A stretch of 64,000 nt of DNA, from positions 832,001 through 896,000 of the forward strand of contig JAYQLI010000035.1 in NCBI GenBank assembly GCA_038143065.1, given 5' to 3'. Under the pieces are notes generated by a model, which saw nothing but the letters and a program-made list of their open reading frames with translations, searched no databases and was not told the origin of the DNA. Shown here one piece after another: positions 35,251 through 47,340 of this stretch. Source of the stretch: Rhodospirillales bacterium (GTDB lineage: Bacteria; Pseudomonadota; Alphaproteobacteria; Bin95). The translations under genes and the position numbers were made by a program. Each line of letters begins with the position of its first letter. Position 1 is the stretch's first letter.

Positions 35251-36057
35251 GTGCATTCAAAAAAGTCGACCGCAGCAACATACAGCATGTTGGCATCATA
35301 ATGGATGGCAACGGAAGGTTGGGCCAACGACCAAGGATTACCTCGAGGCAAGGGACATATCAAAGGCGCAAAAGTAGTCAAAGAAATCATAAAAGTAGCG
35401 CCAGATCTCGGGATAAAAATTCTTACTATTTTTGCTTTCTCTACGGAAAACTGGAACAGGCCAAAGTATGAAATAGATATATTGATGCGTCTTTTTCAGG
35501 CCGAAATTATTAAACAGTTTGAGGAATTGGTTGAAGAAAAAGTCCGTGTCCGTTTTATTGGATCAGAAGATGGCTTACCCAAAAGATTGGTGGACACAAT
35601 TTATAAGCTCGAAGATAGCACTAAAGATAATCCAGGATTAATGCTCCAAATAGCTCTCAACTATGGTGGCCGCCAAGATATCGTGGACGCGGTCAAAAAT
35701 GTCGCAAATTTAGTAAAAACCGGGAAATTAAAGCCAGAGGAAATCACAGAGGCACATATCACTAGTGAGATAAGTACGGCTGGCTTTGCAGACCCTGATC
35801 TCATTATAAGAACCTCAGGTGAGCTCCGGATTTCCAACTTTCTTTTATGGCAATCGGCCTATAGCGAGTTTGCATTTATTTCGAAACATTGGCCTGATTT
35901 TACGCCTGCAGATTTAGCAGAAATTCTCACGGAAGTTGCAACGAGAAAGCGTCGTTTCGAGGGATTAACCCCGTATAAGCTCTTAAGGTCCGTGACAAGG
36001 CGTGGTAAAAAAAGTAGGGATGGTTGGAATTTTTCCCCAACACAATTGATAAGTTGA
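35251..36057 (+). CDS. uppS: Undecaprenyl diphosphate synthase (5' frameshifts; start approximate)
   Basis: HVGIIMDGNG upstream in another frame; FAFSTENWNRP, ALNYGGR, DLIIRTSGELRISNFLLWQ. Confidence 0.88.
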
Positions 36058-36104
36058 TACAAGAGACCTGCTAGTATTTTAAAAAAAGCTAAAGAGTAAA
36101 AAAA

Positions 36105-37224
36105 TTGAATGAGCTTTCATTTAAATATACTAAATTATTTGAAGAAATAGATTTCTTTTTTGATTTTACTGCTCTGTTTCTGTTTAGCTTCTTATTTTGC
36201 AGCTTGTTAATATTTTTAAATCAAACAAGTATTTTCAAAAAACGCTCCCTCGAAGATTTAAGCGCTGTTCAAAGTTCACATACGAAACCAGTTTCCCGGA
36301 TAGGTGGACTAGCTCTTTTCGTAGGCATATTTGTTCTATTCTTAATGGCAAAAGTTCTAAGTTTTGACGTCTCAGACCTTTGGCCGTTTGTAATTGCGAT
36401 TATTCCGATATTTCTTGTAGGCACAGCTGAAGATTTAGGGTTTGCGATGTCTCCGCTCGGAGATTTTTAGCAATTTGTGCATCAAGTATACTTATGATTT
36501 TGCTCTATGATTGCTGGGTTTCGAGGGTCGGAATTCCATATATTGATACTTTGATCTCTATGCGCCCATAGGGATCATATTCACAGTCTTTGCTTCTGCA
36601 GGGGTTACTAACGCATTTAATTTGATAGATGGATTGAATGGACTGGCAGCGTTTACAGCAATTTCCATTTCTATATCGTTATCAATAATAGCTTTCTCTG
36701 CTGGCCACTCTGATTTGAGCATCCTGTGTCTTTCAATTACTCCAATTATTGCAGGTTTTCTTGTCTTAAATTTTCCATTTGGAAAAATATTCCTAGGTGA
36801 TGGAGGCGCATATTTACTAGGACATTGCCTTGTATGGATCGCGATATATTTAATGAAGTTCGAGGGCTCGATCAGTCCCTTTGCTATACTGCTTATCTTC
36901 TTTTGGCCCGTATCCGACACTCTATTAGAGATATGGCGTCGTAAGAAGTTAGGAAAGCCTCGGCATTTGCCAGACCGATTACATTTTCATCAGTTAACAA
37001 TGCGATTTCTTGAAATAAGGTCGTTTGGTCGTTCCAAAAGACAAATGACAAACCCTCTTGCCACAGCAATCCTTCTGCCCTTGATTGTGACCCCACAAGT
37101 TCTAGGAATTATTTTTGCTACTGACCCAATTTGGGCGCCTGTTAGTTTTGCAATCATGACACTTATTTTTATAGCTACCTATCTAACTGGAATTGCTTTT
37201 GCGAAAAAACGTAATAAGCATTAG
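36105..37224 (+). CDS. MraY/WecA (GT4) polyprenyl-phosphate sugar-phosphate transferase (frameshifted)
   Basis: HTKPVSRIGG, NAFNLIDGLNGL, FLGDGGAY, PDRLHFH. Confidence 0.87.
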
Positions 37225-37326
37225 CAGCTAAAGTTTTCCCAAATTAAAAACTCAGAAAAAAGAAGGGCCATGTTCTAAGTATGGCCCTGTTAAAATTAGT
37301 TTATTAACGGAAGAATTAATAATTGA

Positions 37327-38713
37327 TTAGTATCTATAATGCTCTGGTTTAAATGGCCCCTGTGCGGAAACTCCAATGTAATCGGCCTGGTCTTTCCGCA
37401 ATTCGGTAAGCTTTACCCCAATGCGATCAAGGTGCAGTCGCGCAACTTTTTCATCAAGATGCTTAGGAAGAATAAAGACGCCAGGCGCATATTCTTCTCC
37501 TTTGGTCCAAATTTCTATTTGGGCGAGAACCTGATTGGTAAACGAAGCAGACATCACAAAGGATGGGTGGCCGGTAGCATTACCAAGGTTCAATAAGCGT
37601 CCCTCTGAAAGCAATATAATCCTACTACCTGACGGCATCTCAATCATATCTACCTGATCTTTGATGTTGGTCCACTTGTGATTTTTAAGTGCTGCAACCT
37701 GAATTTCATTATCGAAGTGACCAATATTGCCTACAATGGCCATATCTTTCATCTCGCGCATGTGCTCGATCCGAATGACGTCCCGGTTTCCAGTAGTTGT
37801 AATGAATACGTCCGCGCTAGATACAACATCAACTAACAATACTACTTCAAAACCGTCCATAGCTGCCTGAAGAGCACAGATTGGATCGACTTCGGTTACC
37901 TTAACCCGAGCACCAGCGCCACGCAGAGAAGCCGCCGATCCCTTTCCAACGTCTCCATAGCCACAAACAACGGCCACTTTACCAGCCATCATTGTATCTG
38001 TGGCACGACGGATACCATCGACAAAGAGACTCCTTGCAGCCATATTTATTATCGAATTTTGACTTAGTGACAGAGTCATTAACATTGATTGCTGGGAATG
38101 GCAGCTGGCCCTTTTTGTGAAGATCATAAAGTCGATGCACACCTGTAGTTGTCTCTTCAGACACACCTTGGATCGCAGCTCGCGTCTTAGAAAACCAGCC
38201 AGGGCTCTCTTGCATGCGCTTCTTAATTTGCGCCTTGATGACTTCTTCTTCCTCAGATTGAGGGATAGCCAGAATATCTTCCCCAGCCTCTGCTCGAGCT
38301 CCTAACAAGACATAGAGGGTGGCATCGCCACCATCATCTAGGATCATATTTGCGCCATTTTCGAATTGGAATGAACGATCAAGATAATCCCAATGCTCTG
38401 CGAGAGTTTGCCCCTTCACCGCAAATACAGGAATACCCGCTTCCGCAATTGCTGCCGCTGCGTGGTCTTGGGTTGAGAATATATTGCATGAAGCCCAACG
38501 CACCTCAGCTCCAAGATCCACGAGAGTTTCTATTAAAACTGCTGTTTGGATGGTCATATGAAGTGAACCAACGATCCGTGCACCTTTTAACGGCTTAGTT
38601 GCACCAAACTCGGTACGGCATGCCATCAAACCTGGCATCTCCGTTTCGGCGATTTCCAATTCTTTTCTTCCAAAAGAAGCGAGGGAGATGTCTTTCACGA
38701 TGAAATCGCTCAT
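37327..38713 (-). CDS. ahcY: Adenosylhomocysteinase (frameshift near 38025)
   Basis: [41 protein letters not shown]. Confidence 0.96.
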
Positions 38714-38821
38714 TATTTTCTCTTTTTTTTAAAAAGTTAACGGTCAAGGATGAGTGTTTAGCGAACCTTATACATCAAAGTAAGATGTAACTTGGATTTG
38801 AAAAAAACAAATCCGAAACGG

Positions 38822-39800
38822 ATGAAAAATATGCCAAAGACAAAAATACCCTAAACTTGGAAGATATTTCCTTTGTTGGGGCGGGCTGCAACGACCTGAA
38901 TGCGTTCTTGCTGCAAAAACTGGCGAAGTATTTGCTTCTGATGCACGAGGTGGCGTGAGTATCATCTATCCAGGTGGGAGCAATAAATTTCTCAAGGCCA
39001 AAGGTGTACCCGAAGACCTTTTACCCAATGGAATTGCGCTCACCCACGATCGCCATTTATTGATGGCTAACCTAGCTCCATCCAGTGGCGTATGGCGTAT
39101 GAACATGGACGGCCAGGCGAAGTTAATTTTGGCTGAAGCAGACGGAATAAGCTTGCCGCCCGTCAATTTCGTTGGTGTCGACAATCAAAAGCGTATATGG
39201 ATTTCTGTCTCATCATCACAAATCCCACGCGATAAAGCTTTTGGCCAAACTATTGCAGATGGATTCATTGTACTGATGGATCAACGAGGTGCACGTATCG
39301 TTGCCGAAAGCATCGCATTTGCAAACGAAGCGATTGTAGATCCAACTGGTGAATGGCTTTACGTGAATGAAACTATTGGCCGACGAACTTTACGGTTTCC
39401 AATAAAATCAAATGGTGACCTCGGCGCGCGAGAAACATTTGCGGAATACGAGCACGGCACCATCCCAGATGGTTTTAACTTTGACGTAGAGGGTGCCGTG
39501 TGGATGGTGGGGGGTGGGAGTAATAGGATAATAAGAACAGATCGGGACGGGCATCAAGAAACAATCTTTGAAGATGTATCGCATAGCGACCTTGAAGAAA
39601 TTTCTTCCGCATCGCGTGAAGATAGATTTTCTAGAAAGCATATCGACATTGGCGCATCTAGCCGCCTCGGCAATATTGCTAGCCTCGCATTCGGCGGCGG
39701 AGATTTAAAGACTGTTTATCTCGGATCACTCGCAAACTCTAAAATTGCAACTTTTAGGAGCCCAATTGCGGGAGCGCCTCCGGTGCACTGGAACTATTAA
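38822..39800 (+). CDS. SMP-30/gluconolactonase family beta-propeller (5' end frameshifted, start approximate)
   Basis: LQRPECV, PNGIAL, FANE, PDGFNFD, SLAFGG. Confidence 0.8.
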
Positions 39801-39890
39801 ATTTAAACAATTTAACTAATAAACGCTCAAGGTCAGTCACAAACTAAAAATTATTCCAGTCCAATATCGGCTAAAAATGCCTCAGCCATT

Positions 39891-41110
39891 CTAAGACAAG
39901 TCTCTGCAGGCTTCTTGAATACGCTCACACCCACGAATTAGGTCCTCTTCGGTTGCAACAAAACTTGCGCGGAAATAGGGACTTAAGCCGTACGCTGCTC
40001 CTTGCACGACAGCAACTCCAACATGGTCTAGCAGATATATTGTGAAATCCGTGTCGTTTTCAATTACTTTTCCATCGGGTGTACGTTTACCTATAGCCCC
40101 AGCGCACGAGCAAAAACAATACATTGCACCCTCTGGAAGGTCGCAATGTAATCCATCTGCCTGGTTGAGTGTGCTGTGGAGAATATCACGACGCCGCTGA
40201 AGATCAGCGGTTCTTTCAATAATTAGAGACTGGTCTCCAGTCAAAGCAGCTATCGCTGCCGCTTGTCCGATTGAAGAAGATCCCGCTGTAGATTGACTTT
40301 GCATCTTTGAGGCATTCGCGATGATGTCACTCGGCCCACCTCCATACCCAACACGCCAACCCGTCATTGAGAAAGCTTTAGAAACACTATTAACAGTAAC
40401 AGTCCTGTGTCGCAGACGCGGTTCTATTTGAGCAATTGTGTAAAATTTTCGCTCATCAAAAATTAAATGTTCGTAAACATCATCAGAGAGAATATGCACA
40501 TGAGGGTGTTGCATTGCGACATCAGCTATAGCCTTTAATTCTTCGTGGGAATAAACAACTCCTGCTGGATTGGAAGGCTGACAAATCATCAGCCACTTTG
40601 TTGATGGTGTGATCGCTGCCTCAAAATCCTCAGGTGACATGCGAAAGCCTCGATTTTGAGGGCAATCTACAAAAATTGGTTTGCCACCTGCCAAAAGCAC
40701 CATGTCAGGATAACTGGCCCAATAGGGGCTGGGAATAATTACTTCATCCCCTTGAGAAACGGTAGCCATCAAAATGTTGAAGAGAACTTGTTTCGCACCT
40801 GATCCGACACAAATCTCATCTAACTCAAAATGTAAATCATTATCCCTAGCGAACTTTATTTGTGCAGCCGTACGCATCTCTAAAGTTCCATTAACAGGAG
40901 TATAGCGGGCTTCATCTCGGTCCATTGCCTGCACAACAGCCCATTTTACATGGAGAGGTGTAGAAAAAATCTGGCTCACCTGCAGTTAGCTTAATGATAT
41001 CTTTTCCCCTCAGCAATCAGTTCCCGAACCCTTTGGCTAGCTATCTGGCTCGGACTTGGCTTAAATCGTGACATTCGTGGCGCAAAGAAATTATCGATGC
41101 GTGTAGACAT
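39891..41110 (-). CDS. Class I/II PLP aspartate aminotransferase (5' frameshifts)
   Basis: LTAGEPDF, GAKQVL, PSNPAG, SDDVYE, SKAFSMTGWRVG. Confidence 0.88.
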
Positions 41111-41170
41111 GGGCTTTCCTCAGTAAGCGGACAAAGGCTAGATTAAACCAAGTCAAAGGAGGAACAAGAG

Positions 41171-42110
41171 ATGGCAAGAAAGATAGTGCTTGGCGGTGCA
41201 CAAATGGGGCCAATCCAGCTAGCTGACACTCGCACTTCCGTCATTGAACGAATGTTAACCCTAATGGACCAGGCGCACGCCAAGGCGTTGAACTACTCGT
41301 TTTTCCAGAGTTGGCTCTCACGACGTTTTTCCTCGTTGGTATCACGAAGATTGGGATCATGTAGACCAATGGTTTGAAACGGAAATGCCTGGACCAATGA
41401 CCAAACCACTTTTTGATCGGGCCACCCAGTATAGAATGGGATTTTACCTTGGGTATGCTGAAAAATTTACTGATAACACAGGCGTACGGCGCTTTAATAC
41501 TTCGATTTTAGTCGACAAGACAGGTTCTATTGTAGGCAAATATCGCAAGGTGCATCTGCCAGGACATGAAGAATTTGATAAGGCTCTCCCATGGCAACAT
41601 TTGGAAAAGCGGTACTTCGAAGTTGGTGATTTAGGTTGGCCAGTTTGGCGCACCATGGGCGGGGTTATGGGGATGGCATTGTGTAACGATAGACGTTGGC
41701 CTGAAACATATCGTGTAATGGGTTTAAAGGGCGTTGAAGTCGTAATGTTGGGATATAACACGCCAGTAGGTAACAGTCGTGGACCAGAGGCACCTCATCT
41801 CAGGATGATGCACAACCACATGTCTATGCAAATGGGTGCATATCAAAACGGTACATGGGTTGTGGGAGTTGCCAAAGCTGGCTCTGAGGATGGTTTTGAA
41901 TTGATGGGAGGTAGCATAATTGTAGCCCCATCAGGCGAAATTGTTGCGTTAGCCCGGACTTTGGATGATGAACTTATCGTAGCAGATGCAGATTTGGATG
42001 CGTGTAACTTTAATAAATCTACAATATTCAATTTTGCTGCTCACCGTCGACCAGAACACTATGGGATCATTACTAGCCAAGCAGGCGCTACACCGCCGCT
42101 AAAAGAATAA
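41171..42110 (+). CDS. N-carbamoyl-D-amino acid amidohydrolase (frameshifted)
   Basis: AQMGPI, FPELALTTF, YRKVHLPGH, CNDRRWPE, FNFAAHRRPEHY. Confidence 0.9.
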
Positions 42111-42759
42111 TGCTAGTCCGCGTCATTAACCCAAATTCTACTGTAAGCTGCACCGAAGCTTTATCCAGAGCTGCAGAGCCCTTCCGCGCGGCAGACATGA
42201 CGATAGAATGCGAGACAATACTCGAGGGCCCGAAAGCATTTCTAGCATGACAGACTATGCTTTGGCACAGTCCTCGGTGGTGCAATATCTCGCACATCAG
42301 CAAAAACCTGCGAATGCACTGGTCATTGCGTGTTTCTCCGATCCAAGTCTCTCAGCTGCCAAGGAAATAGTAAGGTGTCCTTGTTTTGGGCTTGGTGAGG
42401 CTGGAATCCTGGCTGCGATGCAAAGAGGAATGTCTTTTGGCATTATTGCGCTCTCAGAGGCCTCTGTCGAACGTCAACGCAGGAGGATTTCCGAACTTGG
42501 GCTTAGCGGTAGGTATGCTGGGAGCCGCCCAGTATCTCTTTCTGTACCAGAGTTAGCGGACACAAAAAGAACTGTTGAAGCAATGGTTGAAGCCGGCGAC
42601 ATATTGAAATCCAGAGACAATGCTGATGCCATAATCATGGGTTGTGCAGGTATGGCAGGCTATCGCCAAACTATTGAAGACCGTCTTCAGATTCCAGTTA
42701 TTGAGCCAGGTCAGGCAGCAGTTGCAGTCGCAACTACTGCCGCCCGACAGGGATGGTAG
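42110..42759 (+). CDS. Hydantoin racemase / Asp-Glu racemase family (frameshift near 42210)
   Basis: MLVRVINPNST, IACFSDP, MGCAGM two-Cys motifs. Confidence 0.87.
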
Positions 42760-42760
42760 C

Positions 42761-44440
42761 TTATTTATAATTTAGAGCACGATTCACCGCACAAGTAACC
42801 GCAATTAGAGAGGCAGACACAATATTGGCGCTTCTTCCAACGCCATATAAATGCGTACCGTCTACTTCAGCTTCAACAAAAGCAATTGCCGTAGCATCGG
42901 CCCCAATTCCTACTGAATGTTCTGAATAACTGAACACCTTTATCTCTTTACCTGTTTCTTTCCGCATCGCATCAACGAAAGAATCTATAGGCCCAGATCC
43001 CTGCCCCTCGATTTCTTTGTCTTCACCATCTTTCTTCATTGTTGCTGTCATGAGTCGAACTTCAGAGGCGTTGGTGGCGACACGCGTAATATGGTCGATA
43101 AAGCCATAAGGTGTGTCAGCCTGAAGATATTCTGTTTCAAACGCTGACCAAATATCTGCAGACGTTTGTTCCGCACCGGTAGCATCCGAAATACGTTGAA
43201 CTACGCCAGAGAACTCAACCTGGAGTGCACGAGGCATCTGCACCCCAAACTCGGTTTCCATAATATAAGAAATACCACCTTTACCTGACTGAGAGTTTAT
43301 TCGTATGACTGCTTCGTAACTTGCGCCAACGTCTGCAGGATCAATCGGTAGATACGGAACATCCCACTTTTCGCTATTAGCCGTCTTCATTGCCTTAAGG
43401 CCTTTATTGATCGCATCCTGATGGCTTCCGGAAAAGGCTGTGAAGACTAAATCTCCAGCATATGGGTGACGAGGATGCACAGGCAGTTGATTGCAGTATT
43501 CTGCAGTTGCTCTGAGTTCACGCATATTATGCATGTCAAGCTTTGCATCGATCCCCTGACTAACCATATTCATGGCGAGGGTGATCACATCTACGTTTCC
43601 GGTACGCTCACCATTTCCAAAGAGAGTACCTTCAATACGATCGGCACCAGCCATTACCCCGAATTCGGCCGCGGCAACACCCGTTCCGCGATCATTATGG
43701 GGATGTAAAGATAAGATCATTGAATCACGCCTACTAAAATTGCGGTGCATCCATTCAATCTGATCCGCATATATATTCGGCGTGGCAACTTCGACCGTCG
43801 CAGGTAAATTGATTATTGTCTTCTTATCGGGTGTTGGTTGCCATACATCCATCACCGCTTCACAAATCTCCAGAGCATATGGCAGCTCTGTTTGTGTAAA
43901 GCTTTCAGGCGAGTACTCATGTATGATTTTTGTTCCGGCTGCTTCTGCCTTCAGTGCCAGTTCCTTGATTAGCTCAGCACCATCAGTCGCAATTTTTGTA
44001 ATCCCCGCCATATCAAGATTAAAGACGACACGACGCTGCGTGGTAGACGTAGAATTATATAGATGAATAATTGCCTGTTTAGCCCCTGCAACAGCCTCAA
44101 AAGTCCTCTCAATCAGCTCAGGGCGAGACTGGGTTAGAACCTGAATGGCAACATCATCTGGGATCATGCCATCTTCAATAATTTGGCGACAAAATGTGAA
44201 GTCGGTCTCTGAAGCAGCAGGAAAACCTACTTCAATTTCTTTAAACCCCATCCCCACAAGTGCTTTAAACATGCGGGCTTTGCGCTCAGGACCCATAGGC
44301 TCTATCAGGGCCTGATTACCATCGCGCAAATCAACGGAACACCAAGTAGGTGCTTTGGTAATGACTTTACCTGGCCAAGTACGATCATTGAGCTCTATTG
44401 GCTGGAAGGGTTGGTATTTTTCAAAAGGCATTACAGCCAT
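42761..44440 (-). CDS. leuA: 2-isopropylmalate synthase
   Basis: WCSVDLRDGNQAL, HPHNDRGT, GNGERTGN, FSGSHQDAI. Confidence 0.96.
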   Translation of the reverse strand: MAVMPFEKYQPFQPIELNDRTWPGKVITKAPTWCSVDLRDGNQALIEPMGPERKARMFKALVGMGFKEIEVGFPAASETDFTFCRQIIEDGMIPDDVAIQVLTQSRPELIERTFEAVAGAKQAIIHLYNSTSTTQRRVVFNLDMAGITKIATDGAELIKELALKAEAAGTKIIHEYSPESFTQTELPYALEICEAVMDVWQPTPDKKTIINLPATVEVATPNIYADQIEWMHRNFSRRDSMILSLHPHNDRGTGVAAAEFGVMAGADRIEGTLFGNGERTGNVDVITLAMNMVSQGIDAKLDMHNMRELRATAEYCNQLPVHPRHPYAGDLVFTAFSGSHQDAINKGLKAMKTANSEKWDVPYLPIDPADVGASYEAVIRINSQSGKGGISYIMETEFGVQMPRALQVEFSGVVQRISDATGAEQTSADIWSAFETEYLQADTPYGFIDHITRVATNASEVRLMTATMKKDGEDKEIEGQGSGPIDSFVDAMRKETGKEIKVFSYSEHSVGIGADATAIAFVEAEVDGTHLYGVGRSANIVSASLIAVTCAVNRALNYK

Positions 44441-44668
44441 TTTTATTTTCCATTCTTAAATTACCGCACGTAAAAATCTCGATTTAAAACCACCTCTGTC
44501 AGTCTTATTTGAAATTCTTCAATTTCAGCCAAGGTGACCTGAACCGTGAAATTTATTAACAATTACAGATTTTAAAAAGATTATTTACGTATTCTCGATG
44601 GTGCCGTCCCTTGCGGACGATATTAGTTGAACATGCTAGGCAAGTTGCCAAGCCAGATCCCGACGCAG

Positions 44669-44728
44669 TCAGTGCGCCGGGCAAATAAGTCGTAGGACTA
44701 ATAATCTTTGAGTGTCTTCGTTCAACAT
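44669..44728 (-). promoter_or_regulatory. leuA leader peptide MLNEDTQRLLVLRLICPAH (attenuator)
   Basis: 19-codon ORF with TTA TTA GTC CTA CGA CTT cluster; its stop lies in a GC-rich hairpin upstream of leuA. Confidence 0.75.
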
Positions 44729-44831
44729 ACGAGTATTTAATCTACATTCTCTTTGAAACGCAAATAAAATAATCAGCTTGCAGAAACTTTATATTTGTCG
44801 CCTTCAAACTCCTTAGTTCGGTCTGATAAGA

Positions 44832-45911
44832 TCATTCTGAAAGAATTTTCTTGGCATCTAACCATATTTGACGAATTAGATCGCCAGCTGGCATAGCCTG
44901 AGATAAGCCCGCTGACTGACCTGCCCATGCTTGAATGCGACTTAAATCATTAGTTTTGTTACCTTGTTCACGCATAGACTGAGTCATTGCTCGTTGAATT
45001 GGGTATGGGGCAGGAGACGGAGCCGCTGAACTAGATGCTGCATCTACGTAACTTGTCCTGATACTGCGGCCAGCGCGGCCTGAAAAGGCTCTAGTAATCA
45101 CAGTGTCTTCTGGGTTGGCATTTCCAATTGCATCCGCCCAAGCCGAAACGAGTGCGGCCTCAGGACTACGGAGTAAGGCTGTCCCAATTTGAATTGCACT
45201 CGCCCCTAAAGCCATTGCAGCAGCTACACCACGGCCATCTGCGATACCACCAGTAGCCACTACAGGTAATTTCACTGCATCCACCACTGCTGGCAATAAT
45301 GAAAACAGTCCAACAGCTTGAGCCTCTGCCTTTTCAGCATCAAAAGCTCCTCTATGTCCACCGGCTTCTGCACCCTGAGCAACCACTGCATCTGCTCCCG
45401 CAGCCTCTGCCATAAGTGCTTCTGCAACAGTCGTTACGTTAGCAAACCACTTTATTCCTCGAGCCTTCATTTCTTGGACAAATGAAGGCGAGTACACACC
45501 CATTATTGAAGATATTATGGGTGGTCCTACCTCCAGAATTGCAGCGCATTGTTCATCAAAATTTTGCACCGCTCGTTCTGCCGCTTCCGGCAACACTTCA
45601 GGACCCCAATTTCCCAAAAACTGGCGCACAGCAGCCTCATTTATTAGATCACGGTTGGGAGCTGGGTCAGGCACCCATAAATTAATTTGGAAAGTCCCAT
45701 TGGTTCTGCCCCTTACATCACTAGCCCATTTGATGATGGCCTCAGGCGACATGAGCAAAGCACCGCACGCACCCAACCCACCGTTATTTGCAACAGCTGC
45801 AGCAAGAGATGGCGGACAAGCACCTGCCATAGGAGCCATTAGGATTGGTATCTCAAAACCATTGCTTGAGGCAAAATTTTCAGCGCGTTGAATAATATTT
45901 TTTGTAGACAT
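44832..45911 (-). CDS. Nitronate monooxygenase family flavoprotein
   Basis: PILMAPMAG, QGAEAGGHRG, GGIADGRG, WAGQS. Confidence 0.9.
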   Translation of the reverse strand: MSTKNIIQRAENFASSNGFEIPILMAPMAGACPPSLAAAVANNGGLGACGALLMSPEAIIKWASDVRGRTNGTFQINLWVPDPAPNRDLINEAAVRQFLGNWGPEVLPEAAERAVQNFDEQCAAILEVGPPIISSIMGVYSPSFVQEMKARGIKWFANVTTVAEALMAEAAGADAVVAQGAEAGGHRGAFDAEKAEAQAVGLFSLLPAVVDAVKLPVVATGGIADGRGVAAAMALGASAIQIGTALLRSPEAALVSAWADAIGNANPEDTVITRAFSGRAGRSIRTSYVDAASSSAAPSPAPYPIQRAMTQSMREQGNKTNDLSRIQAWAGQSAGLSQAMPAGDLIRQIWLDAKKILSE

Positions 45912-45936
45912 TCATTCAGTACCAAGGAGACCCAAT

Positions 45937-47340
45937 TTAGCTCACTTCTTCAACTTCCACAGGGAAGTAAGACTCTAAATTATCAACCTGCATCAGATGG
46001 TAGGCGTTAAATCTGTATGCAGGACCTGCTGCGAGTTCTGGAGGTGTGAATGGAAATGCAAGATTTCCACTAGTTGAGAGCCTACCCGGAAAGCCGTGGT
46101 GCAAGAGGTACTGCTTGGTTGACTTTACTACAGCCATTGCTCGTGCCTGAGTACTAGCCAAACACTCCCCGAGAATGAATATTTCCCTTGGGAGATTATC
46201 CGGAGAATTTTGCCAATTATAAACGGCATCAAGTCCATACCGCCTAAAGAAGAGATCATAATCTGGCTCCTCTCCTTCGGAACAAACTAAGCCACGAACA
46301 ACCTCTTTTACATCATCCAAAATCTTATGCAGACCCGCAATGAAACGAGGATCCGCAGAACCAGCTAGTAGAACCGCTCTATACCCGACTGAAGCCGCAC
46401 CTTCTAATTTTATGGAAAGCTGTTTTGCCGGTTCCCATGTAGCTCCCGTGACCCAGGTGCGTCTTTCATCAATTGCGCGATACTTAACTTTGTCGACCAC
46501 TGCCACTCCCTCCGGTTCTATGATCCTATGAGGGTCTGCTTGTTCGTAAAGACTATGAGCAGCAACAGACATCGGCGTTGCTGCTCGAGCTGGGTTCATA
46601 CTCTCAAGGGTAAAACCATCAGCCTGTAATGTAGCCAGAATTGGGTCGCGACCACCCGGTACGCAACAGAGCGATGCGCATTCAACTATTTTTGCCATAT
46701 GTGTAACTGGGCCTGGATCAAATCCCAACCACTGTGGAAGTGCAGCATAAATACCTGTATCACATGCGCGACCAGCGATTATTATGTCTGGCTCTGTCTG
46801 AAGCGCCCTAACAAAGGCTTCGGTCCCCATCTGTCCTACAATATTCGTACATTTATATATCTCTTCCGCAGATAATTCTGGAAGGACACCTAAAGAGCTT
46901 ACCCGTCTATCTTTAATTGCTTGCACAACACTATTTGGATCAATATCGGCTCTAATAATGGCCATTCTGAACTTCAGGCCCTGATTTTTCGCCACTTTTC
47001 GAACTATCTCGAGTGTGGCTTCCAGGTGTGGCTTTGCACCCGCAGATCCCGCACTTCCAATAATAAGTGGTATATCTTTGGAACGGGAACCTACTATGAG
47101 TTTTTGAATATCGCGCTCAGTCTGCTCCGCCGATGTGGCCATTTCTCCATTTCCAAGAAAAGTGGGACCTATATCAGTAGAGCCCATGTCAGCTCCTACC
47201 ATATCAAGGTCATGGGAAAGAGCGGTCGAAAAAGCTGGTTCAGGTATGCCATAACCAAGCTGACCGGTCGCACCAACTATCTTTAGATAGTCCCTGTCCG
47301 TCTTGATAAAGCGATCACGAATACGAGCGACAGCTGTCAT
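45937..47340 (-). CDS. AtuA-like / DUF1446 family protein
   Basis: GQLGYG, DMGSTDIGP, VGQMG, AGRACD, AHSLYEQADP. Confidence 0.8.
   Translation of the reverse strand: MTAVARIRDRFIKTDRDYLKIVGATGQLGYGIPEPAFSTALSHDLDMVGADMGSTDIGPTFLGNGEMATSAEQTERDIQKLIVGSRSKDIPLIIGSAGSAGAKPHLEATLEIVRKVAKNQGLKFRMAIIRADIDPNSVVQAIKDRRVSSLGVLPELSAEEIYKCTNIVGQMGTEAFVRALQTEPDIIIAGRACDTGIYAALPQWLGFDPGPVTHMAKIVECASLCCVPGGRDPILATLQADGFTLESMNPARAATPMSVAAHSLYEQADPHRIIEPEGVAVVDKVKYRAIDERRTWVTGATWEPAKQLSIKLEGAASVGYRAVLLAGSADPRFIAGLHKILDDVKEVVRGLVCSEGEEPDYDLFFRRYGLDAVYNWQNSPDNLPREIFILGECLASTQARAMAVVKSTKQYLLHHGFPGRLSTSGNLAFPFTPPELAAGPAYRFNAYHLMQVDNLESYFPVEVEEVS

Noticed and set aside
38714-38820. SAH riboswitch upstream of ahcY
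   Set aside because: The region is AT-rich and lacks the conserved SAH aptamer sequence.
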